Below the pieces are notes generated by a model. The model did not search any database. It saw only the letters and a list, made by a program, of their open reading frames with translations, and was not told the origin of the DNA. A DNA stretch of 63,086 nt, the filler included, from Reclinomonas americana ATCC 50394 (taxonomy: Eukaryota): NCBI GenBank assembly GCA_048213135.1. It is 7 parts of 6 records of this genome, joined end to end, with 100 filler letters (N's around TTAATTAATTAA, not from the genome) between each part and the next. Parts side by side here need not be neighbours in the genome. Positions count along the whole stretch, not along the records: positions 58,370 to 63,086 come from PS015673.1; 6 more parts are not named here. One strand, written 5' to 3'. Below, one piece after another: positions 60,634-63,086 of this stretch; the stretch's first letter is position 1; the number at the start of each line of letters is the position of its first letter. Both the position numbers and the translations under genes were made by a program.

Positions 60634-62816
60634 CTCCCCCTCTCTCACGCACATACACACGCACTCTCTCTCACACTGCTGCCGCAAACTTCGCAGCTAC
60701 TCAAGCGCTCTGTTCTTTTCCTCACTCTCTTACCATCTCTCAATTATCTCTCTCACAACAATCAGTTTTCTTGACTGTTCCCGCAGGCCAGGAGCAACAG
60801 CGAGGAACTCGATCTTCCCCCATCTCTCTCTCTCTCTCTCTCNNNNNNNNNNNNNNNNNNNNNNNNNNNNNNNNNNNNNNNNNNNNNNNNNNNNNNNNNN
60901 NNNNNNNNNNNNNNNNNNNNNNNNNNNNNNNNNNNNNNNNNNNNNNNNNNNNNNNNNNNNNNNNNNNNNNNNNNNNNNNNNNNNNNNNNNNNNNNNNNNN
61001 NNNNNNNNNNNNNNNNNNNNNNNNNNNNNNNNNNNNNNNNNNNNNNNNNNNNNNNNNNNNNNNNNNNNNNNNNNNNNNNNNNNNNNNNNNNNNNNNNNNN
61101 NNNNNNNNNNNNNNNNNNNNNNNNNNNNNNNNNNNNNNNNNNNNNNNNNNNNNNNNNNNNNNNNNNNNNNNNNNNNNNNNNNNNNNNNNNNNNNNNNNNN
61201 NNNNNNNNNNNNNNNNNNNNNNNNNNNNNNNNNNNNNNNNNNNNNNNNNNNNNNNNNNNNNNNNNNNNNNNNNNNNNNNNNNNNNNNNNNNNNNNNNNNN
61301 NNNNNNNNNNNNNNNNNNNNNNNNNNNNNNNNNNNNNNNNNNNNNNNNNNNNNNNNNNNNNNNNNNNNNNNNNNNNNNNNNNNNNNNNNNNNNNNNNNNN
61401 NNNNNNNNNNNNNNNNNNNNNNNNNNNNNNNNNNNNNNNNNNNNNNNNNNNNNNNNNNNNNNNNNNNNNNNNNNNNNNNNNNNNNNNNNNNNNNNNNNNN
61501 NNNNNNNNNNNNNNNNNNNNNNNNNNNNNNNNNNNNNNNNNNNNNNNNNNNNNNNNNNNNNNNNNNNNNNNNNNNNNNNNNNNNNNNNNNNNNNNNNNNN
61601 NNNNNNNNNNNNNNNNNNNNNNNNNNNNNNNNNNNNNNNNNNNNNNNNNNNNNNNNNNNNNNNNNNNNNNNNNNNNNNNNNNNNNNNNNNNNNNNNNNNN
61701 NNNNNNNNNNNNNNNNNNNNNNNNNNNNNNNNNNNNNNNNNNNNNNNNNNNNNNNNNNNNNNNNNNCGCTTCTTCTTCTTCTTCTGCTTCCGCTTCTTCT
61801 TCTTCTTGTTCTTCTTCTTCTTCTTCTCTCTCTCCCTCTCCCTCTTCTTCCCTTTCCTGCAATGTGAACGTGGTGCTCTCCTCGGCATCTAGCCATGGAG
61901 ATAAATAAAAGGAGAGGGACGGAGTGACAAGCACGCGATTGAAGAAGGAGAGTCCTCCCAAACGCTTTGAGAGTTTAAACGGAAACCCTGCTGTTGCTTC
62001 CCTTCCTCTTCTTCTCTCTTCTCGGCATCTCAGCCATGGAGATAAGTAAAAGGAGAGGGCCAGGGTGACAAGCATGCGATGGAAGAAGGAGAGTCCTCCC
62101 AAGTGCTTTGAGAGTTAAGACGGAAACCCTGCTGTTGTTTCCCTTCCTCTACTTCTCTCTCCTCGGCATGGAGATAAGCGCAAAGGAGAGGGGCGGAGTG
62201 AACAAGCATGCGATGGAAGAAAGGAGTGACCAGGCAGAAACTCTGTTCTTGCTTCCCTCTCTCTCTGCTTCTCCCTCCCCGTCCCTCCACCCTCCCCTTC
62301 TCTCCCTCTCCGAACCTTCAAGAAAAAGCGAATAAACTGATACTGATCCGTGGCATACCGCTCATGAATCCGATCCATCGTAATCACTCCATCGTCCTTC
62401 TCCACCGATTCCTCCCGCTTACTCTCCTCCGGTGCATCCTCCACAATCATCTCCTCCGGCGCCAACATACCATGCAAAAACACATTGCTTTGGCGATCGG
62501 GAAGAGAGAAGTGAGCATTTCTTCCTTGTCCAATATCCACACATGTTTTTCGCCACGCGCACTCACCGCTGTCCCTCCAGCAACTCGCCCTTCTCCTCCT
62601 CCACCTTCATCAAACGGAGGGCGCGCTGCTCGTCCGTCTCACCAAAGAACGTGGCCACCTGCCCGTACCGTCGCAACTTGCGCACCACCTCATCACGTGA
62701 CTGCCGAATGTAGTGCTCGCGATTGGCGAGGTCGTCATCGCCACCGCCCGTCGGCGACTGCACCGACGCACCGGCAGCAGCGGATGACGAGGAGCCGCCG
62801 GTCGAGGATGAAGAGC
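60246..62816 (-). CDS. PRP18: Pre-mRNA splicing factor 18 (5' end beyond the window, middle in gap 60843-61766)
   Basis: SFM/PRP4-like motif [30 protein letters not shown] and C-terminal [30 protein letters not shown] (last exon 60355-60246). Confidence 0.9.
61875..62230 (+). repeat. ~140-bp tandem repeat (about 2.5 units) in a PRP18 intron
   Basis: The unit ctcggcatct..ccatggagataa...gagtcctcccaa...cggaaaccctgctgttg starts at ~61881, 62022 and 62162. Confidence 0.85.
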
Positions 62817-63086
62817 CTGTGCAGAAAAAAGGGAAATGTGTGAGAGAAGAAGGTGGATGCGCGCAGAGGTGGTGTGCAACAAACCGACGCTGATCTGCGT
62901 GGGGGTGATGAAGGGCGGTGAGATTCGACGCAGAGAGGGGGGGACATGGATGAGCGAAGAGGTTAGCATACCTCCAGTTTCCTTCGCTTGAGCTGCGTTG
63001 ATTGGGGGGGAAGGCGATGAGCATGACAATAAGCGACGATGAGTGGACCAGTCTCTGTCCCTATCTTTCTCAAGAAAGGACCAATC

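Noticed and set aside
59159..60774. Repetitive ORFs (LLVAS, AARCL, SEATS, QRGNE)
   Set aside because: These are translations of a stop-free 15-bp intronic minisatellite on and around the BBS12-like gene.

Overview
Draft (gap-rich, apparently 454-era) scaffold from an intron-rich eukaryote, probably a flagellated protist (it carries a BBS12-like gene). I found no rRNA, tRNA, CRISPR array or transposase. Left to right: the 3' part of a low-complexity gene (+); a very large Pmp/pectin-lyase-type beta-helix + Cys-rich + multi-TM surface protein gene (-) containing 12 tandem two-exon cassettes; a small spliced hypothetical gene (+); a tandem array of 9 intronless 7-bladed WD40 genes/pseudogenes (-) with variable top-face residues and a shared C-terminal helical tail with an LPxxVL motif; an F-box/LRR gene; an RRM gene; a cullin-3-like gene; a dual-specificity phosphatase; a tenth, diverged WD40 paralogue (+); a BBS12-like chaperonin gene with an apparent C-terminal extension; and PRP18. 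The best candidates for new biology are (i) the diversifying WD40 + F-box/PRANC-like tail family, (ii) the frame-compatible exon-pair array in the beta-helix receptor, and (iii) a repeated GCGAAGC-core hairpin element in cullin introns. All gene models were spliced by eye and family assignments come from recalled motifs, not database searches.
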